NCBI RefSeq assembly: GCF_001447785.1
Contig: NW_015166423.1
Coordinates: 130,877-194,876, forward strand
Length of the DNA stretch: 64,000 bases
From: Gekko japonicus
Lineage: Eukaryota
Reading direction: 5' to 3'
The position numbers and the translations under genes were made by a program. The notes beneath the pieces are model-generated. The model ran no database searches and was not told where the DNA came from. It saw nothing but the letters and a program-made list of their open reading frames with translations. Position 1 is the stretch's first letter. Each line of letters starts with the position of its first letter. Below are positions 26,421 through 37,552 of this stretch, piece by piece.

Positions 26421-27566
26421 CAGGGCTTTTAAAAAAAAAAAAAAAAAAAGCCCAGCAGAAACTCATTAGCATAATAGGCCACACCAACCAGCAGAATCTC
26501 ATTAGCATATTTGGCTACACCCCAGATAGCACAGCTCATTAGCATATTAGGCCACACCCCCATGTTACTAGAAGTGTGGTCACAGATCTGCCCTCACAGA
26601 GGAGGGAGAGCTTGTACCTGAATAAACCTTGGTCTTAAAGGTGCCACTGGACTCTTTTGGATTGCTAGCTATGGGGGGAGGGGACATGCAGATCTGCGCA
26701 AAAGAAAGAAAGAGAAAGAAGGAAGGAAGGAATGGAGNNNNNNNNNNNNNNNNNNNNNNNNNNNNNNNNNNNNNNNNNNNNNNNNNNNNNNNNNNNNNNN
26801 NNNNNNNNNNNNNNNNNNNNNNNNNNNNNNNNNNNNNNNNNNNNNNNNNNNNNNNNNNNNNNNNNNNNNNNNNNNNNNNNNNNNNNNNNNNNNNNNNNNN
26901 NNNNNNNNNNNNNNNNNNNNNNNNNNNNNNNNNNNNNNNNNNNNNNNNNNNNNNNNNNNNNNNNNNNNNNNNNNNNNNNNNNNNNNNNNNNNNNNNNNNN
27001 NNNNNNNNNNNNNNNNNNNNNNNNNNNNNNNNNNNNNNNNNNNNNNNNNNNNNNNNNNNNNNNNNNNNNNNNNNNNNNNNNNNNNNNNNNGGGAAAGAGG
27101 GGAAAAAGAGAAAAGGAAGCCAGTGTGAGGTGCACACGGCAGCCATCTAGGGGGTTTGGGTGCACAGCACATGCACAACCTCCTCAACCGGCGCTGGCAA
27201 GCCCACACAACTCCTTCTGCACAAGTGCCCTACCCAGAGAAGGCCCTGACATGTGTGTGCCACTGACAGTAGTTTCCTGGACCTTTTCCTGTGGTCAATC
27301 CACCCTGTGTGCTGCTGGGTCTTAAAGTCTGCCATTTCACCATTTGGGTCTCAGCTTCAGGGGAGGTGTGCAGATGGTGGGGTGGGAGGCTTTCCCTGGG
27401 GAGGGGGAGATCGCTGTTTACTTGGTCAGTTAATTGCCACTTACCCAGAAGAAGTGGATAGCTGCTTCTTCTGGGTGAGCGGAGCAGGGCTTTTGGCGGG
27501 GGAGGGGCGGGCTCAGAAGTCAGCCAGAATTCCATTCCAGTATGTTCCAGCCCAAAAATAGCCCTG
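26421..27566. mobile_element. hAT non-autonomous element spanning an assembly gap; contains a short Penelope-like piece (~26600-26668)
   Basis: TIRs cagggctttt / aaaaatagccctg; exact 8-bp TSD GAAAGGAG. Confidence 0.85.
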
Positions 27567-27625
27567 GAAAGGAGCAAGTGAAGGGTGGACTCTCCTAAAA
27601 CAAGAGCTCTTGCAAGCTCAAGCCA

Positions 27626-28319
27626 TGAGGAATACGCATAGTGGATGGGGGATACACTTCTGGGTAGCAGTGTGTGTAAACAAGATCTTGGGGTATGGGT
27701 GGACTGAAAGTTAAATATGTGCAGCCAGTGTGATGTGGTGACAAAAAAGGCTAATACGATCTTGGGGTGTATCAACAGAGGCATAACATCCAAATTGCAA
27801 GATGTCATAGTCCCACTGTACACTGCATTGGTCAGGCCTCCACTCTTCAAAAAGGATGTGCACAGAATGGAGCAGGTGCAGAGGAAAGCAACGAGGATGA
27901 TCAGGGTCCTGGAGACCAAGCCCTATGAGGAAAGGCTGAGGTACTTGGGAATGTTCAGTCTGGAGAAGAGGAGGTTGAGTGGGGACATAATTGCTGTCTT
28001 TAAGTATTTGAAGGACTGTCACTTAGAGGAGGGCAGGGAGCTGTTCCTATTGGCAGCAGAGGGTAGAACTCACAATAATGGGTTTAAATTAAGGGTGGGA
28101 AGGTACTGGCTGGATATTAGGAGGCGCTTTCTTATAGTAAGAATTGTTCACCAGTGGAATCAGCTGCCTAAGGAGGTGGTGAGCTCCCCCTCACTGGCAG
28201 TCTTTAAGCAGCAGCTGGACAAACACTTGTCAGGGATGCTCTAGGCTGATCCTGCATTGAGCAGGGGGTTGGAGTGGATGGTCTGTATGGCTCCTTCCAA
28301 CTCTGCGATTCTATGATTC
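27626..28319 (+). mobile_element. CR1 LINE 3' fragment
   Basis: ORF 27717-28244 KKANTILGCINRGI...YEERLRYLGMFSLEKRRL...WNQLPKEVV; ends attctatgattc. Confidence 0.96.
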
Positions 28320-29284
28320 AAATACAGTCATATGGTAAGAGCTTTAGTTGTCTCTCAAATGTATTTGGTGAAATAATTTTGCTTCAAATAGCAGATAAAT
28401 GATTGGGAGGGTGGTATTTTGTTACATTCGTTTATAAAAGCTGGAGTGTGAACTGTTTCCTGCTTTTGATGCCTCTAATGTTAGAAAACTAATTAGGGCA
28501 AGCCAATAATCAATGAATCAGCATTTGGTCTCTTAACACAAGATCTGCAGCTTGCCAGGATGTTAATTTGCATAACTTTAATGGAAATAAGTGTTGGCAT
28601 TAGCAGAAGGAAATTCAGTAGGGACAGGGGATGAGTCACTATCTGATTTATATTTCCTCTTAGGTTGGTTGCAAAGAAATTTCATCTCTGTAAAATATAT
28701 GAGGTATGATGAGAGTGAATGCACTGGGGAACATGTGCGGAAGTGTTTGCATTCCTATCATAAAACATCAAACCTTTTCTATAATGTGCTACAAGTGCAG
28801 AGTATTTGCAAGTGTCATTTAAGGGCTGTACATACATAAAATTGTATGGTGTACTATAGAAATCTTTCACAATTGGATCTTCTTGTATGGACAAGATGAT
28901 CCAGGAAATGAGTGAATATTATATTCCAGTTTCCAATGGTATGTGGATGTGGCTTAGAACACCATGACTGTCAGTGCAATTCTGAGAATGCTTTCCTAGG
29001 AGTAAGCTCCTTTGATTTTACTTTGGTAGGATTCTGAGTAGACTCTTTAAAGATTGCCCTGTATGGGAAAATTTGGACAGTACATACATGCGCTTGCACA
29101 CACACATCTTCACTTGATGAGGTGTTGCCCTTAATTTAATGAGATAAGGAGCAGGCAGCTCTGCAGTGTGGGAACAGGCTGGGACTTGCATCATGGTTTC
29201 CTTCTGTTCTCTCCTCTTTAATTTTGCTTAACGTGCAGTCTAGAGAAGATTTTTTTTTTTGCTCATAAGTGTCTTGTTTATATA

Positions 29285-30840
29285 TTTATTTATTTTGGAA
29301 TTTTAAGTTTTTATTGAGAAAATAAAAGAAAGAAAAAGGGGGGGGATAAAAACCCCCATACATAAATAGAAGAAGGTTTTCGATTTTCTCTACAACAAAT
29401 ATAAGTTTGATTACAAAGAACTGTGCTGCCCCTAGCAGAGTATAACAAGTAGTCTGTATTAGATCAGAAATTAAATTCTTTACCTTTAAGATGACTGTTG
29501 AATGGGTGAGAGAGTTCATCTTAGTGATAAAAATCCCTTGTGTATCTCATAGTGTAAGAGCGATGGCCTTGCCCATCCCTAGTTGTTGGAGATCTTTCTA
29601 ATAATGAACGGAAAAGAGCAATAAACCTTTTTCATGGGCTTTTTTCCCCCACTGGAAAAAGGAGCTTATCTAAACTAATAGAAGAAGAAGAAGAAGAGAT
29701 GATAAAAATCCCTTGTGTGTCTCATAGTGTAAGAGCGATGGTCTTGCCCATCCCTAGTTGTTGGAGATCTTTCTAATAATGAACGGAAAAGAGCAATAAA
29801 CCTTTTTCATGGGCTTTTTTCCCCCACTGGAAAAAGGAGCTTATCTAAACTAATAGAATGAGCTACCCTAGAGCATGTGACCTAAAGACTACTTAAATTA
29901 CATTCCTCATGATGCTTCATCTTAAAGGTAAAGAACTTAATTTCTGATCTAATACAGACTACTTACTATACTCTGCCAGGGGCACACAAGACCCCTCTCT
30001 TTTTTTGTCTTTTTTAATATCTTAATAATCAAACCCACAAATCATCAAGTCATCATTGTCTTTTTACTGCAAAAAGCTTATAAGGGGTTTCCAATCTGTA
30101 ATAAATGAACTAATTGTCTTTTCCCTAACCAACACAGTAAGTTTAGCCATTGCTGCAAGGTCCAACATCTTCTCCAACCACTTTTCTATTGTAGATATTC
30201 TGTGCATATAATATTCTTGCTGCCATAATCATATATAGAAATAAAGTTCCATAGCTTCTTTCTGACCAATTGTCCATTAGTCCTAACAAGAGGGACTCTA
30301 GTATCAATTGTATATTAGTCTTTAAAATCTTTTGTATTAATATTTGTATTTGTGTCCAAGTTTTTTTGCTTTCTTACAAGTCTTCCACATGTGATATAAT
30401 GTCCCTTCAGGATGTTTACATTTCCAACATAAACCAGAAGTATCTTTATACATTCTAGACAATTTCTCTGGAGACATATACTAGCGATACATCACTTTAT
30501 AAAAGTTCACTTTAAGATTAGAGCTTAAAATAAATTTTAAACTTTTTGTCCACATATGTTCCCATTGTTCAATATGTATGTCATGACTCATGTCCAAAGG
30601 TTTTAGCCCATTTTACCATACATTCCTTAATTTGTTCTTTCTCAGTTTCAAATTTCAATAAGAAGTTATGCATATTAGCAATAGGATGATCATAATTTGT
30701 ATATAATTCAATTTCAAATTCAGACTCCGATTGCACAAAATCATAATACCGTTTACCAGCTTTGAACCTTTCCAAGGTTTGTAAATGTGTAAACCACAGT
30801 GGCAAGTATGTCCTTCAATTATTAAGTAGATTTTAATTTG
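29285..30840 (-). mobile_element. L1 3' fragment: ORF2 C-terminus (~30080-30840) and structured 3'UTR
   Basis: LLKFETEKEQIKECMVKWAKTFG; further minus-strand remnants [17 protein letters not shown] and DWKPL; reversed AATAAA near 29310. Confidence 0.88.
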
Positions 30841-30861
30841 TATTCACTTTGTCACAGTTGT

Positions 30862-31037
30862 TTTGTTGTTGTTCAGTCGCACAGTCGAGTCCGACTTTTT
30901 GCGACCCCATGGACAAGATCACGCCAGGCCCTCCTGTCTTCCGCCGTCCTCTGAAGTTGGCTCAATTTCATGTTCGTTGCATCTATGACTCTCTAACCAT
31001 CTCATCCTTTGCCGTCCCCATCTTCTTTGACCTTCAA
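30862..31037 (-). mobile_element. Short BovB 3' end
   Basis: (CAA)n tail; same sequence as 9740-9920; TSD TCACAGTTGT. Confidence 0.93.
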
Positions 31038-33168
31038 TCACAGTTGTAACACATCACAATTCTAACACATTTCTAAAATGTGCTTTTTGTGGTGATAGCC
31101 ACAATGGTATTTTCAGGCAGAAGTTAGATTTCTATTTATTCTATACTCTCAAAATTGCATGTCTAATGTTGTTGTTGTTGTTGTTGTTGTTATTATAGTA
31201 TCCAAATTGACCAAGTTACATCATTTCAGGTGAGGAAACCATGAGAATCCATGTTGAGGGAGTCTTATGTTTCCATTCTCTCTCTCCTTGTTTTTCTTTT
31301 TTGTCTCTCTTGTAGTGCTTACACTCTCTCCCTATTCCTTCCATCCCACCCACACCTACCTCCTTTTTCTGTTTCTTTCCCGGCAACCTCTGTCCCCACT
31401 TATTCAGTCACTCTCAGTTTTGTTTGCCCCATCTCCAGCTGCCCACTTACACCTTTTCTCCTCCTTCCCCCCTCCTTCATATGTTTTACTTTTTCTGTCT
31501 CTTCACCCTCCCCCACTCTGACTCAGCAGTGCTGATTGCAGATTGGCTAGCATCCCCCCAAATGGCTCCCAATATCTCACAAAACAATCTCATAAGATCT
31601 CAATAGCACACTTTTCTTAAAGAAACAAACATTTCTTCTATGATATAGGTTTTTTCTCTTAAAGAAACAAACATTTCTTCTATGATTTAGGTTTTTCTTT
31701 CTCCCCCTATATATTTACATTTACATTTCATACTTTTCTGCAAACCTGGGGCTTCCCCCAAGCTTGTAAAACATTACCTCCTGTCTGTCCATGCTCACAT
31801 TGTGTAGGTTTTTTGATCCACAATCTGTGACCAAGTTCAGAACTATATATAATGATACCTTTTTTCTCAAGGAGTTTTCTCTTCCATTCCAGGAATACCA
31901 CAGCCCTGTCCTACCCTCCTTGTCATACAAATGCCCCATTCTTCCTATCTGTGATTTAATGTTGTATCTATGGGGCATCAGATCTGGAAGAAGCTTACTT
32001 AAAATATATACCTGTGATTTGAGTGGTTGCTGCTGGAATGGTTCTTGAAATACAGTTATTGTTGGAAAGTTCAGGTTTGTTCATAGTTGATTGATGTCAG
32101 CACATTCCAGAATACATCCTTCAAATGAAGAACAAGCTTGATCCTGTGCTCAGATGTTGACAAAAACCTCTGTATACCTAGAAAATATCTTGTTTAGGCA
32201 AATTATGTTGCAGTGAAACAGTGAACAAGACTGTGAGTTGTGTAGAAATAAGATACAAGTTTTGTTTCCTTCATCAAGGAGAGAATTACAGCAATGCTTG
32301 TGTTATACAATAAGTTAAAACTGTAATTTCCAGGAGGTTTAGAATAAATCCAGTCTTGATAGGGGATTTCCAAATGTTAAAAGGTTGAGAATTTACACAA
32401 TTGCAGATCAGTCCTTTAAACATGTGCCTTTTTAATGATAACTGAGAAATGAGGTCACCTGTAACTCTTTGATGTTGGTGCTGAAGAAATATCACCCAGC
32501 ATGTAGTTGGTTAGCCATGGGCAAGATCTAAAAGGTGCATTAATAAATACTGTTTTTGTTCTGACCACTAGAATAGGAAGATACATGCTGAATATCAAGG
32601 GAAAGGCTGACTTGCCATGATGTTGCAGTTGATATTTCTTATCAGTCCTTATTTCTGCTTTCCTTTCATGACACCCACTGTGATGCACACATTCTGTGAA
32701 TGGTATGCTGAAGACAGTACTGTATTGCAAGATATATTGTGCAAGGCAAGCTTCAAAATTATCCTCAAAGACAAGAAACAATCATGTTTTGTTCATGCAT
32801 ATTCCCAGACATTTTGCGGTAGGACTGCTGGTAGTCCATTTGGTATGACAAATTAAGAGGGAAAAAATTCAATTTCTATTTAATCCCCTTGCATCATATT
32901 TCAGAAGGTTTTATTTTTTCTGTTACTTTTCTCCCTTTCAACTTTACCTTTAAACAAAAAACTCTTTAACTGACTTGTAAACCGTACAAGATTTTTTTAA
33001 AAATTAGAGCATTGGATTGTCTGAACATTAATGAAGCATAATTAAGATACCAAGTACTTTATCTTGTTTTACATTATGCCTCATATGAAAATGATATGAA
33101 AGATACTGATCTGGATCATCTGTACATATGCAATAGGATAGAAATCCAGATCTATATTGCTGCACGTT

Positions 33169-33655
33169 GGGGAGGGGCCATAGCTCAGTGGTAGAGCATC
33201 TGTTTGGCATGCAGAAGGTCCCAGATGTAGTCCCTGCATCTCCAGTTAAAAGCATCAGGTAGTTGCTGATGTGAAAGATGTCGTCCTGAGACTCTGGAGA
33301 ACTGAAGAAGAGAAGAAGAAGAGATTGAATTTAAATCCCACCCTTCACTTGGAGTCTCAGAGCGACTTGCAAATTCCTTTCCCTTCCCCTCCCCACAACA
33401 GACATCCTGTGAGGTAGGTGGGGCTGAGAGAGCTCTTTCGAGAACTGCTCTTTAAAGAACAGCTCTATAGCTTGCCCAAGGTCATCCAGCAGCTTCAAGT
33501 GTAGGAGTGGGGAATCAAACCTGGTTCTCCCAGATTAGAGTCCCTGCACTTAACCACTGCAGCAAACTGGCTCTTAAACTGCAGCCAGTCTGAATAGACA
33601 ATACTGACCTTGATGGGCCAGTGATCTGATTCAGTATAAGGCAGCTCCTTGTTTA
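33169..33655 (+). mobile_element. Old tRNA-derived SINE with CR1-like tail, interrupted by a reverse Squam3 SINE (33304-33574); related fragments at ~11462-11575 (-) and ~14063-14123 (+)
   Basis: ggggccatagctcagtggtagagcatctg head; ctgattcagtataaggcagct tail; nested copy has the gaagaagaagagattg reverse tail. Confidence 0.85.
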
Positions 33656-33967
33656 AATGTGTTCACTTTGTTTGTATGCAGAAGTTTGAATAGATGTTGT
33701 CTGTTGATCATGTCAGAGATAATTTCAAAAATATAGAAAACATTTGGGCGTCAATAGACAAAATCCCCTCTGGGGGCTTAAAAAAATAGGCAAGACATCA
33801 TAAGATCCCTGACACTAGACAATTCTAAATGAGCATTTTTATGCTCTGTGTTGTTAAATACTGCTAGCTGCAGTGAGACATTGTCAATCAGCTATAGACT
33901 TAGCATGGTGGAAAGTAGTCTAGTTGTTAGCTATAGACTTAGCATGGTGGAAAGTAGCCTAGTTGTT

Positions 33968-34642
33968 GTTGTGACCAAAAACAATTGCCATGTAGATGTT
34001 TACTTTTTCCTGAAGAGAAAGGAGAAGGAATCACCATCTTCCTACACTAATCTGTCCTTTGTGTAAAAATAAAAATAGTTGCTGACAAGGCTGAAGATGT
34101 GGTAGTTCTTTTCCCTCTTTTTCTCTACAATTCCAGAAAGATACAGAAAGGGTATGGCAGAGGCAGGCCATGCCAACCCACCTTTGTTCATCTCTGCCTT
34201 GAAAACACTGTGGGTTTGCCATAAATTAGTTGCAACTTGACAGCAATTTCCACCACTACACAGAAAGTCTTCTGACTTACCACATTCACTGGCCCCCCGA
34301 CTAGAGCCCTGGTTGTGACCAAAAACAATTGCCATATAGATTTTTACTTTTTCCTGAGTAGAAAGGAGAAGGAATCACTGTCTTCCTACACTAATCTGTC
34401 CCTTTGTGGGAAAATAAAAAAGTTAGTTGCTGACAAGGCTGAAGATGTGGTAGTTCTTTTCCCTCTTTTTCTCTACAATTCCAGAAAGATACAGAAAGGG
34501 TATGGCAGAGGCAGGCCATGCCAACCCACCTTTGTTCATCTCTGCCTTGAAAACACTGTGGGTTTGCCAGAAATTAGCTGCAACTTGACAGCAATTTCCA
34601 CCACTACACAGAAAGTCTTCTGACTTACCACATTCACTGGCC
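33968..34642. repeat. Tandem duplication of ~330 bp (33968-34294, 34312-34642) with a 17-bp spacer; preceded by a 39-bp x2 repeat (~33889-33967)
   Basis: Both units run gttgtgaccaaaaacaattgcc...cacattcactggcc with few differences. Confidence 0.95.
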
Positions 34643-34684
34643 TCAAGTATAAGTTTGCTTTCTTCTTCAAGATTCCCTGATTAT

Positions 34685-34938
34685 GCCCTGACATGGATAG
34701 CCTAGGCAAGATCTCATCAGATCTCGGAAGCTAAGCAGGGTTGATCCTGGAAAGTATTTGGGTGGGCGACCTCCAAAGAATACCAAAGCTGGGAGGCAGA
34801 GCCAGGCTATGAAGCCACTTCTCTTAACATCCTCCAAGCCCCAGTAGGAGTTGCCAGAGGTCACCATGACTCCCAGGCACAGACACACACACGCACACAT
34901 GCACGCACACACATACATGTAAATACAAAAAATAAAAA
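34685..34938 (+). mobile_element. 5S rRNA-derived SINE (5S-Sauria-like), full length
   Basis: gatctcatcagatctcggaagctaagcaggg matches the 5S box A region; (CA)n/A tail; TSD aagattccct(g/a)attat. Confidence 0.92.
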
Positions 34939-37250
34939 AAGATTCCCTAATTATGAGGATAATATGTGACTCAGTCATCAGAAGTATTAAATACTGAAAG
35001 CTACAAAGCAAAAGGACCATTCCATGGTAAAGAGACATTCAAGTGCAAAATTATACTTCCTTGACTCAACTGAGTCAGTTACTTTCTTTGAAAAAATTAG
35101 GATTTATTACACAAATAATTTTTTTCACTGATAAAATGCATTTGTGGTGTTTTAATTGTTCTCCGTTGTGTTTTAACATTTTTCCATTTCCCTATTAATA
35201 CATAACTGTAGTTAGTACATTCGCTAGCTTGATGTCTAAAGAGCAATTCTTCTGTCAGAATCAAACACTGAATAAATTGAAATGTGTTACTGTAATAATT
35301 GGGTAGCCCTAGTTTCATTCCCATACTGGTAAACTGATAATGGAAATAGTCCATATCCTAGTCTAATAGGAATTTCCTTGAAGCGCTTTGGATTTATGAC
35401 CTAGTTTTACTTTCCTTTAATATTAATGACGATGTGATTGGGACCAGTCTTCATTTAGATGCCAGTAAAATTAGTAGGTAGACCAAGATGTGCATAAATT
35501 ATTTACATGCAAACAAATGGATGAATATTGACACAGGGGAATGACTTCTAAATGGGAATGAAAGTGGATTAATGTGCCTACAGAAAGAGATGCTGCCATG
35601 TGATACAAAAATATAGATAAGAATTAAAAAGTTAGAACATCAGTGACAACCTCAAAATACTGAATTCTGATATAATGGATAATCAATGGAGTTAAAAATA
35701 TTACATGCCACTGTCCCAACTACATGTAAACTAATTTCCACCTTTCATTCATTGAAATATGAATAAGCTCTTCATTCGAAAGAAGTGGGAGAAAGTTGAT
35801 GTCCACTGTCCTATTGCAATTAGGAGAAAACCGAGAATGCTTCCAAGACTCTTCAGTCTCCATTGTTCTGTACCTTGAAAGAATATTGCAACTAAGATTA
35901 TATTTTCCTTTATGATCAAGAACAGCTGAAGTCCTGGTCTGCAGGGGATCAGTAAGGAACAAAGGGTAAAAGTTGGGAGACTGTGTTGGATGCAAGATCC
36001 TAAAGAGATTTCCCCCCTTCTCAACAAAACAATCAAAGTACTTTCCAAAAGATACATGATTTGTATCATCTTCTTACAAGGATTGTCCTGTTCTCAGTTA
36101 TTGAACAGCACCTATGTATACCTAGAAAATATTTTGTTTAGACAAATTATATTGCAGTCAAACAGTAGACATGATTATGTGTTTTATAGAAATACGTTTT
36201 GTTATTTCATTACTGAAAAAATACTTTTAAAAAGGTGTAGCAGCTGTTTTTGATAATAATTATGTTAATGTTTGGATACGGTTTCCCACCACCCACATTC
36301 TGATTTCCAGTTTCATTTACTTAATGGCTGTTGTAACTAGCAGGAAAGTTGGGATCTTATTTGCGGGTCTTAATCATAGAAACAAACAGTGATTTTCAAA
36401 GTGCACTCTGACATTATACCATTTGCCTTTACTCCAGTAACATCAATAATTGAGATAATTGAAATTGGTAATTGATTTGGTTAGCAGTCTGGATACAAGA
36501 GTAATTACAGCAGGCTGAATACTCACACTTCGGTTAATCATGTTAGTGAAATTAGATTCCATTTTATGAGGCTGCTAACTTTATTAAATTGTCTGGTTAT
36601 GGAGTACTAGTTCCTGGAAAAATTGCTTAGGATGGAATCCGTAGGAATGTTGGAAGAAATGAAAAAAGGAGATCACTCTTAACCTGGCTAGAAGACAAAA
36701 AATTTTAAAAAGATTATGGTTGATTCTTTGAAGCCCTTTAAAAAGATCAATAATCTAGAATGGGCTGTGTATTCCAGGCTTGATTAACTCAGAAAAGAAG
36801 TGTGAGGATGAAATCAGGGTTGGCTTTAGACAGCCACATTATTCAGGTAATGATTTTGGAATGAGCTCCTGGATGACATCAGGACCCCGTGGGACCTTGT
36901 ACAGTTCTGCAGGGCCTGTAAAACAGCTTTTCCACCAGGCTTTCGATTAGGGTACCACCACCCAATAGTGCTGCCCTGGCCCCAACATCACCAACATCAG
37001 CACCAATTAATAACCAACAGCTTGGCAGGAACCTGGATTATGATGATAGTGACCTTCTGGATGTTGAGAGGACGCCGCCATTGCCTATTAACATCCGTGT
37101 TTATTAGTATTAATGATTATATGCTGTGGTTTGATTTTAAACTTTTTGTTTTAACAAGTCTCGCTGTTTTAATTATACACACACACACACACACACACAC
37201 AAATTTAGCAGTCTGGATACAAGAGTAATTACAGCAGGCTGATATATAGT

Positions 37251-37552
37251 AAAGGTAAAGGTTTCCCTTCCTCGAAAGCCAGTTGAATCCGACTCTAGGG
37301 GGTGGTGCTCATCTCAGTTTCCAAGCTGAAGAGCCAGCGCTGTCCGAAGATGTTTCTGAGGTCATGTGGCTGGCATGACTAAATGCCAAGGCACACGGAA
37401 CGCTGTGACCTTCCCACCGAAGCAGTACCTATCTATCTACTTGCAATTTCTTGCTTTCGAACTGCTAGGTTGGAAGGAGCTGGAACCAGAGACGGGAGCT
37501 CACTCCGTCATGCAGCACTTCGGTCTTGAACTGCTGAACTACCAACCTTCCA
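37251..37552 (-). mobile_element. Sauria SINE; second copy at ~49955-50368 (-), spanning a gap
   Basis: Reverse (ACCTTT)n tail aaaggtaaaggt; body gtcatgtggctggcatgact...ggaacgctg...ttcgaactgctagg. Confidence 0.9.

Noticed and set aside
26461-26560. CRISPR-like repeat-spacer pattern
   Set aside because: Three degenerate units inside a eukaryotic hAT element, with no cas genes.
26580-27325. Long ORFs full of X (also 49875-50459 and 55822-56518)
   Set aside because: They exist only because N gaps contain no stop codons.
33173-33245. tRNA-like sequence
   Set aside because: It is a SINE head with a damaged box B, continuous with the SINE body.
34700-34790. 5S rRNA gene
   Set aside because: Diverged, lacks the 5S ends, and has a SINE tail and TSD.
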